Assembly: GCA_046723385.1 (NCBI GenBank) | Contig: JBKOUM010000124.1 | Span: forward strand, 1-39,924 | From: Actinomycetota bacterium | Lineage (GTDB): Bacteria; Actinomycetota; UBA4738; HRBIN12 | Length of the DNA: 39,924 nt | Direction of reading: 5' to 3' | Shown here: in pieces, positions 26,647-37,926 of the stretch | How the letters are laid out: each line of letters begins with the position of its first letter | Numbering within the stretch: the first letter of the stretch is position 1 | Notes under the pieces: generated by a model | Seen by the model: only the letters and a program-made list of their open reading frames with translations | Told to the model about the DNA's origin: nothing | Databases searched by the model: none | Program-made: the position numbers and the translations under genes

Positions 26647-27440
26647 TCTCGGGCGTCCTGGCGGCGACGTTCGAGGCGCCGAGCACGCGGGACTTCGTCT
26701 ACGGCTGCTGGGGCCCCGGACTCGAGCTGGGCGGCTGGCACCTGTGCCTGAACTTCATCACGTTCCTGGTGCTCCTCACGTTCGTGATCTTCCTGGCGTT
26801 GTTCTACCGTGCCTTCCGGAGCCCGACCGTCGTGCCGGGCAAGCTCCAGACGATGTTGGAGCTCGGGATCGCGTTCGTCCGGGAGCAGATCGCGATCCCG
26901 GTGCTCGGTCAGGACGCGGACCGGTTCCTTCCCCTCCTCGCCTCGCTGTTCTTCTTCATCCTGATCGGCAACCTCTTCGAGGTGGTCCCGGGCTTCAACT
27001 TCTCGGCGAACAGTCGCGTGGCGTTCCCGCTCACGCTCGCGATCATCGCGTGGTTCACGTACAACATCGTCGGGATCCGCAAGCACGGATTCTTCGGCTA
27101 CCTGAAGCACACGTGCATCATCGGCGACGCTCCGTGGTGGCTGCGCTACACGATCCTGATGGTGATCGAGTTCGTCTCGAACATCATCATCCGGCCGATC
27201 ACCCTGACGGTCCGTCTCACCGCCAACTTCCTCGCCGGGCACTTCCTGTTGGCGATCTTCTTCCTGGGGACGGTGTTCTTCCTCGAGGGTGGTCCCAAGA
27301 CGTGGGCGCTCGTCCCGGTCTCGTTCGCGTTCTCGGTCATCCTCGTGGGGTTCGAGATCTTCGTCGCGGTCCTGCAGGCATTCATCTTCGCGATCCTCAC
27401 CGGCTCATACATCGGCAGCGCGATCGCCGAGGATCATTAG
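26643..27440 (+). CDS. atpB: F0 ATP synthase subunit a
   Basis: TTG 26643 with GAGGGAG RBS. Motifs VPGKLQ..LE, IRPITLTVRLTANFLAGH (essential Arg), LQAFIF.IL. Confidence 0.95.
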   Translation: MISGVLAATFEAPSTRDFVYGCWGPGLELGGWHLCLNFITFLVLLTFVIFLALFYRAFRSPTVVPGKLQTMLELGIAFVREQIAIPVLGQDADRFLPLLASLFFFILIGNLFEVVPGFNFSANSRVAFPLTLAIIAWFTYNIVGIRKHGFFGYLKHTCIIGDAPWWLRYTILMVIEFVSNIIIRPITLTVRLTANFLAGHFLLAIFFLGTVFFLEGGPKTWALVPVSFAFSVILVGFEIFVAVLQAFIFAILTGSYIGSAIAEDH

Positions 27441-27701
<261 letters not shown>

Positions 27702-27714
27702 GGAGGACGGGACC

Positions 27715-28266
27715 GTGCTCGGAGCCATCGCCGTCCTCGCGCAAGAAACGGTCAGCGACAAGGAAGACCTCTATCCGCACGCGAGCGAGCTGATCGTCGG
27801 CGCGCTCGCGTTCGCGGTCGTGTTCGTCTTCATGTGGAAGTGGGTGCTCCCGCGGGTGAACGCGCTCCTCGAGGAGCGCCGACAGCAGATCCAGGGCCAG
27901 CTCGAGAGCGCGGAGCAGACGCGCCAGCAGGCCGAGAGCGAGCTCGCCGACTACCGGTCGCAGCTCGCCGGCGCGCGAGAGGAGGCGAACCGGATCATCG
28001 AGGAGGCGCGCGCGACCGCGGAGCAGTTCCGCCACGACATGCAGGGCAAGGCCGAAGAGGAGTCACGCCTGATCGTTGCGCGGGCGCAGGACGAGATCCG
28101 GGCGGAGCGCGACCGCGTGTTCAACGAGCTGCGCACGCAGGTCGGTGACATCGCGGTCGAGCTGGCCGGGCGGGTGGTCGGCGCGGAGCTGGACACCAAG
28201 TCGCACGAGCGCCTGATCGATGACTACATCGATCAGGTCGCCTCGGGCGCGGACGGACGGAACTGA
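27715..28266 (+). CDS. atpF: F0 ATP synthase subunit b
   Basis: N-terminal TM segment, KWVLP...LEER, long coiled coil. Confidence 0.93.
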   Translation: MLGAIAVLAQETVSDKEDLYPHASELIVGALAFAVVFVFMWKWVLPRVNALLEERRQQIQGQLESAEQTRQQAESELADYRSQLAGAREEANRIIEEARATAEQFRHDMQGKAEEESRLIVARAQDEIRAERDRVFNELRTQVGDIAVELAGRVVGAELDTKSHERLIDDYIDQVASGADGRN

Positions 28267-28273
28267 GCTTCGG

Positions 28274-28834
28274 ATGCCCGAGATCCTCGACCGGCTCTTC
28301 GGGAAGAACGACCGCGTCCGCGGCTACGCCGCGGCGCTCGTCGCGGTCGCGGACGCCGAAGGCGTCCTCGCCCGCGTCGGCGATGAGCTGTTCGCGTTCT
28401 CCAAGGCGGTCGAGCAGGACCCCAAACTGCGGGACGCCCTTGCGGACAAGGCGCTCCCGCTCGAGAACCGGCGGGCGCTTATCCGCGACATCCTGGGCGG
28501 CCGCGCCCACGACGCCACCGTGACCCTCGTCTCGTTCCTCGTGGAGTCGGGCCGCGCTCGGGACCTGGGCAAGATCGCGGAGGGCGTCGCGGCGCTCTCG
28601 GCGGAGCAGCGCGAACAGGCCGTTGCGGAGGTTCGCTCGGCCGTTCCGTTGAGCGACGCTCAGAGGAAGCGACTCGAGGCCGCGCTCTCGAGCGCGACCG
28701 GCCGGAAGATCGAGGCGAAGGTCGTCGTCGATCCCACCCTCGTCGGCGGCGTGGTCTCGCGCGTCGGCGATCTCGTCTTCGACGGCTCGATCGCGAGCCG
28801 GCTCGAAGACGCGAAGCAAGCACTCGGGAGCTGA
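28274..28834 (+). CDS. atpH: F1 ATP synthase subunit delta (short 186-aa form)
   Basis: [25 protein letters not shown]. Confidence 0.92.
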   Translation: MPEILDRLFGKNDRVRGYAAALVAVADAEGVLARVGDELFAFSKAVEQDPKLRDALADKALPLENRRALIRDILGGRAHDATVTLVSFLVESGRARDLGKIAEGVAALSAEQREQAVAEVRSAVPLSDAQRKRLEAALSSATGRKIEAKVVVDPTLVGGVVSRVGDLVFDGSIASRLEDAKQALGS

Positions 28835-28841
28835 AGACCTG

Positions 28842-30533
28842 ATGGCACTCAACCTGGACCCCGCCTCGATCACCGAGGCGCTTCGCAAGAACGTCGAGAG
28901 CTGGACCCCGTCGGTCGAACGGCAAGAGATCGGCGAGGTGATCGAGAGCGGCGATGGGATCGCCCGCGTCTCCGGTCTGCCGCAGACGATGGCGAACGAG
29001 CTGCTCGAGTTCCCCGGCGGCTTGCTCGGCCTCGCTTTCAACCTGGACGAGGACGAGATCGGCTGCATCATCTTCGGCGACGCGACGTCGATCGAAGAGG
29101 GCGACCCCGTGAAGCAGACCGGGCGGATCCTGTCCGTCCCGGTGGGGGACGCGTTCCTCGGTCGCGTCGTAGACCCCCTGGGGCAACCGCTCGACGACAA
29201 GGGCTCCATCTCCTCGGACGACAGTCGTCCGCTCGAGGTTCAGGCGCCGAACGTGGTCTCCCGCCAGCCCGTGAAGGAGCCGCTGTACACCGGCATCACC
29301 GCGATCGACGCGATGACGGCGATCGGGCGCGGACAGCGCCAGCTGATCATCGGCGACCGTCAGACGGGCAAGACGGCCGTCGCGCTCGACACGATCCTGA
29401 ACCAGAAGCAGTACTGGGGGACCGACTCCGCCGTGAAGTGCATCTACGTCGCGGTCGGACAGAAGGCGAGCACCGTCGCCGAGGTGGTCGAGACGCTCCG
29501 CGAGCAGGGCGCGATGGACTACACGGTCGTCGTGAACGCGAGCGCCAAGGATCCGGCGCCGTTCCAGTACATCGCTCCGTACTCCGGAGCCGCGATCGGC
29601 GCGCACTGGATGGAGAACGGCGACCACGTCCTGATCGTGTACGACGACCTGTCGAAGCAAGCGGTCGCGTACCGGGAGATCTCGCTGCTGCTGCGCCGTC
29701 CGCCCGGTCGCGAGGCCTACCCGGGTGACGTCTTCTACCTGCACTCCCGCTTGTTGGAGCGCTCCGCCAAGCTTTCGGACGAGCTCGGCGGCGGTTCGAT
29801 GACGGCGCTGCCGATCATCGAGACGAAGGGCGGCGACATCTCCGCGTACATCCCGACGAACGTGATCTCGATCACCGACGGGCAGCTCTTCCTGGAAGCC
29901 GAGCTCTTCTTCTCGGGGGTCCGGCCGGCGATCAACGTGGGGGTCTCGGTCTCCCGCGTCGGGGGCGCGGCGCAGGTCAAGGCGATGAAGGACGTCGCCG
30001 GCCGCCTCCGGCTCGACCTCGCCCAGTACCGAGCGCTCGAGGCGTTCGCCCAGTTCGGCTCCGAGCTGGACCGCGCGTCGCAGCAGCAGCTCGCGCGCGG
30101 GGCCCGCGTCGTCGAGGTGCTCAAGCAGCCGCAGTACCAGCCGCAGCCCGTCGAGCGGCAGGTCGTAGCGATCTGGACCGTCACCGGTGGACACCTGGAT
30201 GCGTTCCCCGTCGAGGACGCCAAGCGGTTCGTCGAGGAGTTCCAGGAGGCGCTCGAGGCCCGCCACCCCGAGGTGTTCGAGACGATCCGCTCGTCCGGCA
30301 GGCTGGAGGACGCGACCCTCGAGACCCTCGGCGCTGCGATCGAGGAATTCAAGGCGACGTTCATGGCGACCGGCGAGGAGCCGGGCTCGGAGTCGGCGCT
30401 CGGCCGTACGACCCCGAAGGACGAGGTCCGGGCCGATGTCGGCTGGGATCGGATGTCGTCCGCCGACGACGAGGACGAGCACGAGAACGAAGACGAGGAA
30501 GGCGACGCCCCCGCGCCGACCAAGGCCGGGTAG
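28842..30533 (+). CDS. atpA: F1 ATP synthase subunit alpha with C-terminal extension
   Basis: [42 protein letters not shown]. Confidence 0.98.
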   Translation: MALNLDPASITEALRKNVESWTPSVERQEIGEVIESGDGIARVSGLPQTMANELLEFPGGLLGLAFNLDEDEIGCIIFGDATSIEEGDPVKQTGRILSVPVGDAFLGRVVDPLGQPLDDKGSISSDDSRPLEVQAPNVVSRQPVKEPLYTGITAIDAMTAIGRGQRQLIIGDRQTGKTAVALDTILNQKQYWGTDSAVKCIYVAVGQKASTVAEVVETLREQGAMDYTVVVNASAKDPAPFQYIAPYSGAAIGAHWMENGDHVLIVYDDLSKQAVAYREISLLLRRPPGREAYPGDVFYLHSRLLERSAKLSDELGGGSMTALPIIETKGGDISAYIPTNVISITDGQLFLEAELFFSGVRPAINVGVSVSRVGGAAQVKAMKDVAGRLRLDLAQYRALEAFAQFGSELDRASQQQLARGARVVEVLKQPQYQPQPVERQVVAIWTVTGGHLDAFPVEDAKRFVEEFQEALEARHPEVFETIRSSGRLEDATLETLGAAIEEFKATFMATGEEPGSESALGRTTPKDEVRADVGWDRMSSADDEDEHENEDEEGDAPAPTKAG

Positions 30534-30535
30534 GC

Positions 30536-31429
30536 GTGGGCGCCAAGCTCCGCGTCGTCCGCCGACGGATCCGCTCGGTCCAGTCGACGAAGAAGATCAC
30601 CCGTGCGATGGAGCTGATCGCATCCTCGCGGATCGTCCGTGCGCAGCAGCGGGTGGAGTCGTCACGACCCTACGCGGAGCGGCTCACGAGGGTGATGGAG
30701 GACGTGGCGTCCCACTCGGCATCGCTCGACCATCCGCTGCTCGAGGAGCGCGAGTCGCCGTCCAAGATCGGTGTGCTGGTGGTGACGTCGGACCGCGGGC
30801 TCGCCGGCGCGTACAACGCGAACGTGCTCAAGATCGCCGAGCAGCTGGTGCGCGACGTGCGCGGCCGTGGCCTCGAGCCGGTCCTGTACGTCGTGGGCAA
30901 GAAGGGCGTCGGGTACTTCCGGTTCCGCGGCGTCCCGATGGAGGAGTCGTGGCAAGGCTTCAGCGAGGTCCCTCCGTACGAGAAGGCCGAGGAGATCGGC
31001 CGCCGGCTGATCGAAGACTTCGCCGACCGCGCGATCGACGAGCTGTCGTGCGCCTACACCGACTTCCGGTCCGCCTTCACGCTGCGGGCGACCGCCCAGC
31101 GGTTCCTTCCGATCGCCCCCGAGGAGGTCGGCGGGACGGGGTCGGACACGGTGCCGGCGGAGTATCTCTTCGAGCCGGAGCCCGCACAGATCCTGGAGCA
31201 CCTGTTGCCCCAGTACCTGATCACCAAGGTGTACGCGGCGATGTTGGAGTCCGCCGCGTCGGAGAACGCCGCGCGACGCCGAGCGATGAAGGCGGCGACC
31301 GACAACGCGGACGAGCTGATGAAGGTCCTCACGCGTCAAGCGAACCGGGCGCGGCAGGACGAGATCACGACCGAGATCCTCGAGATCGTCGGTGGGGCCG
31401 AGGCGCTCGGCGACACCGCGGAGGGCTGA
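30536..31429 (+). CDS. atpG: F1 ATP synthase subunit gamma
   Basis: KITRAMEL, TSDRGLAGAYN, AM..ATDNA, RARQ..IT.EI.EIV.GA. Confidence 0.97.
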   Translation: MGAKLRVVRRRIRSVQSTKKITRAMELIASSRIVRAQQRVESSRPYAERLTRVMEDVASHSASLDHPLLEERESPSKIGVLVVTSDRGLAGAYNANVLKIAEQLVRDVRGRGLEPVLYVVGKKGVGYFRFRGVPMEESWQGFSEVPPYEKAEEIGRRLIEDFADRAIDELSCAYTDFRSAFTLRATAQRFLPIAPEEVGGTGSDTVPAEYLFEPEPAQILEHLLPQYLITKVYAAMLESAASENAARRRAMKAATDNADELMKVLTRQANRARQDEITTEILEIVGGAEALGDTAEG

Positions 31430-33255
<1,826 letters not shown>

Positions 33256-33290
33256 GCCGCCGGCCCGTCCGCGTGCCCTACCATCCAGCG

Positions 33291-34586
33291 ATGGACCGCC
33301 TCTTCGTGACGGGCGGAGCGCCGCTCACCGGTTCCCTCCGGGTCTCCGGCGCCAAGAACTCCGCGCTCAAGCTGATGGCCGCGGCGATGCTCGCCCCCGG
33401 CCGCAGCGTGGTGCGGAACGTGCCGCGGATCCGCGACTGCGCGGTCATGGCCGACCTGCTCGGACACTTCGGGGTGGGCGTCGAACTCCGCGGCGGGATC
33501 GCGGAGCTCGACGCGACCGACGTGCGCGGTTCCGAGGCGCCGCACGACCTCGTGGGGCAGATCCGCGCGTCGATCGTGGTGCTGGGTCCGCTGCTCGCTC
33601 GGACCGGGCACGCCCGCGTCTCCCTCCCAGGCGGCGACGAGATCGGCGCGCGACCCGTGGAACTCCACGTCCGCGGTCTGGAGCGGATGGGCGCGACCGT
33701 CAGGTCCGAGCACGGATTCCTCGTCGCGGACGCGCCGTCGCTCCACGGCGCGATGATCACGCTCGACTACCCGAGCGTGACGGCGACCGAGAACCTCCTG
33801 CTCGCCGGGGTGCTCGCCCGGGGCACGACCGTGATCGACAACGCCGCCCGCGAGCCGGAGGTGGCGGACCTCGCCGACTTCCTCGTCTCGATGGGCGCCC
33901 GCGTGCACGGCGCCGGGAGCAGCACCGTGGTGGTCGACGGCGTGGACGGCCTCCATGCCGCCGACCACGACGCCGTGCCCGACCGGATCGAGGCGGGGAC
34001 GTGGGCCGCCGCCGCGGTCGCCACCCGGGGGGACATCACGCTCGAGAACGCCCGTCCCCAGCACCTCGACCTGTTCCTCACCAAGCTCGAGGACGCCGGG
34101 GCAGAGATCACGCGAGAGCCGGACGGAGGGGTGGGGCTACGCGTGCGGCAGCACGCGCAGCCCCGCGCTCTGGATTTCGTCACGCTCCCGTACCCGGGGA
34201 TCGCCACGGACTTCCAGCCGATCCTGCTCGCGATGCTCGCCGTCGCCGACGGGACGAGCATCGCGACCGAGAACGTCTTCGAAGGGAGGTTCACCTACGT
34301 GGGCGAGCTCAGACGGATGGGTGCCGACATCAGCACCGAGGGTCACCACGCCGTGATCCGCGGCGTGCCACGGCTCTCCGCGGCCCCCGTGCGGGCGCCG
34401 GACATCCGCGCCGGGGCCGCGCTGGTGCTCGCCGGGCTCGTCGCGGACGGGGTCACGGAGGTGGCCGACGTGCATCACATCGACCGCGGCTACGAGGACT
34501 TCGAAGCCAAGCTGGTGGCGCTCGGCGCTCGCGTCCGGCGCGACGACGGCCCGGTCGTGATCCGCGACCGGGCGGAGCTCGGGTGA
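33291..34586 (+). CDS. murA: UDP-N-acetylglucosamine 1-carboxyvinyltransferase (Asp-type)
   Basis: [57 protein letters not shown] 33291 lies 6 nt after TACCAT. Confidence 0.96.
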   Translation: MDRLFVTGGAPLTGSLRVSGAKNSALKLMAAAMLAPGRSVVRNVPRIRDCAVMADLLGHFGVGVELRGGIAELDATDVRGSEAPHDLVGQIRASIVVLGPLLARTGHARVSLPGGDEIGARPVELHVRGLERMGATVRSEHGFLVADAPSLHGAMITLDYPSVTATENLLLAGVLARGTTVIDNAAREPEVADLADFLVSMGARVHGAGSSTVVVDGVDGLHAADHDAVPDRIEAGTWAAAAVATRGDITLENARPQHLDLFLTKLEDAGAEITREPDGGVGLRVRQHAQPRALDFVTLPYPGIATDFQPILLAMLAVADGTSIATENVFEGRFTYVGELRRMGADISTEGHHAVIRGVPRLSAAPVRAPDIRAGAALVLAGLVADGVTEVADVHHIDRGYEDFEAKLVALGARVRRDDGPVVIRDRAELG

Positions 34587-35377
34587 CCCTCGAGCTTCCG
34601 CTGCCACCTCCTCCGCCCTCGGAGCCGCCGGGTGGCGGGCCTCGCGGCCTCCCCGACGTCACCTGGGGTCTCTGGCAGGCGCTGGCGGTCTTCCTGCTCG
34701 GCAACCTGGTGATCGCCCAGTTCGTCGTCGGTACCGTGGTGCTCCTGGCGATGGGGGTCGACGTGGGGGAGCCGATCGAGGGCCTCCCGCAGATCGCCGC
34801 ATCGGTCGCGGCCGACGCCGCCTTCCTCGCCGTGATGCTCGTGTGGCTCCGATGGCGCGCGGGCGACTGGCCGCGCCGGATCGGGATCAGGTTCGGGCGC
34901 GAGGGGCTCCGGGATGCCGTGATCGGAGCCGTGAGCGGTCTGGTCCTGTACGGGGTCATCGCGTTCGCGATCGGCGTGCCGCTCCTCGCCCTGTTCCGGC
35001 TGCTGTTCGGCGAAGGCGTGGTCCCACCGGAACAGATCCCGGGGCACCTGTCGACGAACGCGAAGGCGCTCACCGTGTTCCTGGCGCTCGTGCTGGCGCC
35101 GATCACCGAGGAGCTCTTCTTCCGTGGGATCCTCTACCGCGGCGTCCGGGACCGCCACGGCGTCGCGCTCGGGATGCTCGTCTCCTCGGTGCTGTTCGGC
35201 GCGACGCACCTGGTCCAGGCGCCGTGGCGGGACGCGCTGTTCCTCCAGACCCTGATGGTGTTCACCGGCCTCGGGCTCGCGGCGATCTACGAACGGCGCG
35301 GCAACCTGGTCGCGGACATCGCGGCGCACACGGCGTTCAACGTGATCGGCATCGTGTTCATCTTCGCCGGTCGATAG
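34583..35377 (+). CDS. CPBP (CAAX/Abi) family intramembrane glutamic protease
   Basis: API.EELFFRG, FGATH, AH..FN. GTG overlaps the murA stop. Confidence 0.88.
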   Translation: MTLELPLPPPPPSEPPGGGPRGLPDVTWGLWQALAVFLLGNLVIAQFVVGTVVLLAMGVDVGEPIEGLPQIAASVAADAAFLAVMLVWLRWRAGDWPRRIGIRFGREGLRDAVIGAVSGLVLYGVIAFAIGVPLLALFRLLFGEGVVPPEQIPGHLSTNAKALTVFLALVLAPITEELFFRGILYRGVRDRHGVALGMLVSSVLFGATHLVQAPWRDALFLQTLMVFTGLGLAAIYERRGNLVADIAAHTAFNVIGIVFIFAGR

Positions 35378-35420
35378 CCGGTCGATAGCCGGTCCATGGC
35401 CGGTCGGGAGCCGGTGGGAA
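35366..35420 (+). repeat. 5 x 11-bp degenerate tandem repeat with GCCGGT core
   Basis: gccggtcgata / gccggtcgata / gccggtccatg / gccggtcggga / gccggtgggaa. Begins across the CPBP stop codon. Confidence 0.85.
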
Positions 35421-35460
35421 GCCGCACCGTATCCTTGGGCCCGCCGACGAGGAGGACCGC

Positions 35461-35880
35461 GTGCCGACGTTCCCGACCGACCAGTGGTTCCAGGCGTTCA
35501 TCGTTCGGATCAACGACTCGGACGAATACAAGGTCGCAGCCGCGGACTGGGAGGGTGACATCGCCTTCCTGGTCCAGGCGGAGCCCGACGTCGGCTTCCC
35601 CGAGGACGTGTGGGGCTACCTCGACCTGTGGCACGGCGTCTGTCGCGGTGGCGGGGTGGTCGGCCCGGAACGCGGAGCGGGCGCCGCGTACCTGCTCAGC
35701 GCCCCGTACAGGCGATGGAAGGACATCGTCGTGGGGGACCTCGATCCGATCAAGGGGATGATGCAGGGCAAGTTGAAGGTGCGAGGCGATCTCCCGACGA
35801 TCGTCCGGTACGTCCGGGCGGCGAACGAGTTGGTGCGTCTGACCGGCGAGGTCAACACCACGTTCCCCGACGAGACCTAA
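35461..35880 (+). CDS. SCP2 sterol/lipid-binding domain protein
   Basis: GGAGG RBS. Motifs FP...W, N....Y...A..WEGD, W..IV.G.LDPIKGMMQGKLKVRGDL typical of stand-alone SCP2 proteins. Confidence 0.82.
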   Translation: MPTFPTDQWFQAFIVRINDSDEYKVAAADWEGDIAFLVQAEPDVGFPEDVWGYLDLWHGVCRGGGVVGPERGAGAAYLLSAPYRRWKDIVVGDLDPIKGMMQGKLKVRGDLPTIVRYVRAANELVRLTGEVNTTFPDET

Positions 35881-35881
35881 C

Positions 35882-36922
35882 GTGCGCGCCGTCGTCTTCG
35901 ACGCCGTCGGGAGCGTGCGCGTGGCGGAGGTTCCCGAACCGCGGATCGTGGCGCCGACGGATGCGATCGTTCGCGTCACGACCACGGCGATCTGCGGCTC
36001 GGACCTCCACTTCTTCCACGGCAAGGCGCCGATCGACGCCGGCGAGGTCCTCGGGCACGAGGCGGTGGGGATCGTGGAGAGCGTCGGCGACGGCGTGGAG
36101 CGCGTGCGCACGGGCGACCGCGTCGTCGTCTCGTTCCACATCGCGTGCGGCCGGTGCTGGTTCTGCCTTCGGGGGGAGACGTCGCTGTGTGACGATCATG
36201 CGATCCTGGGCGCGGGACCGTTCGGCGGAGGGCTCGCCGGCGCCCAGGCCGAGCGGGTGAGGATCCCCGCGGCCGGATTCAACCTCCTGCCGGTCCCCGA
36301 CGCGGTCGACGACGAGCGCGCCGTGTTCGTCGGAGACGTCCTCACGACCGGCGTCTACGCCGCCGATCTGGCCCATGCGGTCGAAGGAGACGCGGTCGCG
36401 GTGCTCGGGATCGGCCCGGTCGGGTTCTGCACGGTGCAGGCGCTGCAGGCCGGAGGGGTCGGGCCGGTCTACGCGGTGGACGTGGATCCGGGCAGGGTCC
36501 GGCTCGCGGAGACCACCGGCGCGATCGCGATCGATGCCGGTCACACGAATCCGGAGATGGCACTCGCCCGCGTCACGGGGGACCGGGGTGCCGACGTCGT
36601 GATCGAGGCGGTCGGCGCGCCGTCCGCGTACGAGACCGCGCTCGGCGTCGTCCGCCGGGGCGGGCGCGTCGTCGTCGTGGGCATGTACGCGGGCGAGGTG
36701 GCCGACCTGCAGCTCGGCGTCTACTGGGCACGCGCGCTGGACGTGCGCTTCGCCGGCCTCTGTCCCGTCCACGCGTTCTGGGAGCGGGCGATGGCGCTCG
36801 TCGCCGAGGGGCGGATCGATCCGCTTCCGCTCGTCAGCCACCGGCTCGCGCTCGAGGACGCCCCGAAGGGATACGAGCTGTTCGATCGTCGGGAAGCCAC
36901 GAAGGTCCTCCTGAACCCGTGA
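35882..36922 (+). CDS. Zinc-dependent medium-chain alcohol dehydrogenase (FDH-like)
   Basis: ICGSDLH, GHE.VG, CGRCWFC...C structural zinc site, D...TG, GIGPVG. Confidence 0.92.
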   Translation: MRAVVFDAVGSVRVAEVPEPRIVAPTDAIVRVTTTAICGSDLHFFHGKAPIDAGEVLGHEAVGIVESVGDGVERVRTGDRVVVSFHIACGRCWFCLRGETSLCDDHAILGAGPFGGGLAGAQAERVRIPAAGFNLLPVPDAVDDERAVFVGDVLTTGVYAADLAHAVEGDAVAVLGIGPVGFCTVQALQAGGVGPVYAVDVDPGRVRLAETTGAIAIDAGHTNPEMALARVTGDRGADVVIEAVGAPSAYETALGVVRRGGRVVVVGMYAGEVADLQLGVYWARALDVRFAGLCPVHAFWERAMALVAEGRIDPLPLVSHRLALEDAPKGYELFDRREATKVLLNP

Positions 36923-37317
36923 GCGCGTCCGATCCCGGGGACGACGGGCTCGCGGCGCTGGTCATCGGTCTGCTCGTTCAGAACGTCGAACGCGATCCTT
37001 CCCGGCGCCGTCTGTTGCGGGGCGGGACCGTGGTGATCGCAGCGACCGACGCCGAGGTGGCGGTGCGGCTCGAGTTGGTGCCGGGTCTCCCGTGGGTCGA
37101 GGGGTGGCCGCTGGATGCGCCCGTCGAGGTCCGCGCGGGATCGGGCACCCTGCTGGAGGTCTCGGCGGCGCCGCTTCGGTTCGGGCTGCCCGACCCGTTC
37201 GCGCAGGAGGGCCGCCGCATCATCGGCGGGATCGCCCGGCGCAGGATCCGCGTGCGCGGGCTCGTCGGCCACCTGCCCACGGTGCGCCGCCTTACGATGC
37301 TGCTCTCGGCGCGCTGA
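36919..37317 (+). CDS. Hypothetical protein, possibly SCP2-like fold
   Basis: GTGA overlap with the ADH gene. C-terminal 'RIRVRG...L...RRL..LLS' resembles SCP2 C-termini. Confidence 0.6.
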   Translation: MSASDPGDDGLAALVIGLLVQNVERDPSRRRLLRGGTVVIAATDAEVAVRLELVPGLPWVEGWPLDAPVEVRAGSGTLLEVSAAPLRFGLPDPFAQEGRRIIGGIARRRIRVRGLVGHLPTVRRLTMLLSAR

Positions 37318-37355
37318 CCGCGGGCCGTCGTCGACCGAAGGAGGGGCCGCCGGGC

Positions 37356-37925
37356 ATGTCCGCCGATCCATCGGCGACGTCCGCTCGACCCGCCCGGCGA
37401 GCGCGCCGATGGCTCCCCGTGCTCGCCGTCTTGGCCGTGATCGCCTTCGTCGACGGCGGCGCGAAGCTCGCCGGGGCGGCGCAGGACGAGGCGGCCGGAC
37501 CCACGCGCGTGGTGGGGGGCGCCGTGCGGATCCGGCCGCTGCCCGGATGGGCAGCGGCGGAGCCGCTCGGCGCCCCCCTCACCGAGCTGGTCCTCACGAG
37601 GGGAGCCGTGACGCTGGACGTGTCGGCGGTGCCGGGGGCGGGCAGCGCGGACGAGCTCGCGGCTCGCTACGTGCACGAGGTGCTTCGGCCTCGTTTCGAG
37701 GGACTCACGCTCGGTCAGCAGGATGCCGGGACGCTCGCCTCGGGTCTCCCGGCGCTGCGGTTCGGGTACATCGGGATCGCGGACGGCGTCTCCATCGAAG
37801 GCGTCGCCACGGTCGCGGTCGTCACGACGACCGGAGCGGTCTTCGACGCGTTCGCCCCCAAGGGCGACCTCGCCTGGGCCGCGTCCGATCTGGACACGAT
37901 GATCGACGGCGCGGAGGTCGGTTGA
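37356..37925 (+). CDS. Hypothetical membrane-anchored or secreted protein upstream of PrsW
   Basis: AAGGAGG RBS. Basic N-terminus, one hydrophobic segment (WLPVLAVLAVIAFV), then P.PGW and a beta-rich domain. Confidence 0.7.
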   Translation: MSADPSATSARPARRARRWLPVLAVLAVIAFVDGGAKLAGAAQDEAAGPTRVVGGAVRIRPLPGWAAAEPLGAPLTELVLTRGAVTLDVSAVPGAGSADELAARYVHEVLRPRFEGLTLGQQDAGTLASGLPALRFGYIGIADGVSIEGVATVAVVTTTGAVFDAFAPKGDLAWAASDLDTMIDGAEVG

Positions 37926-37926
37926 G

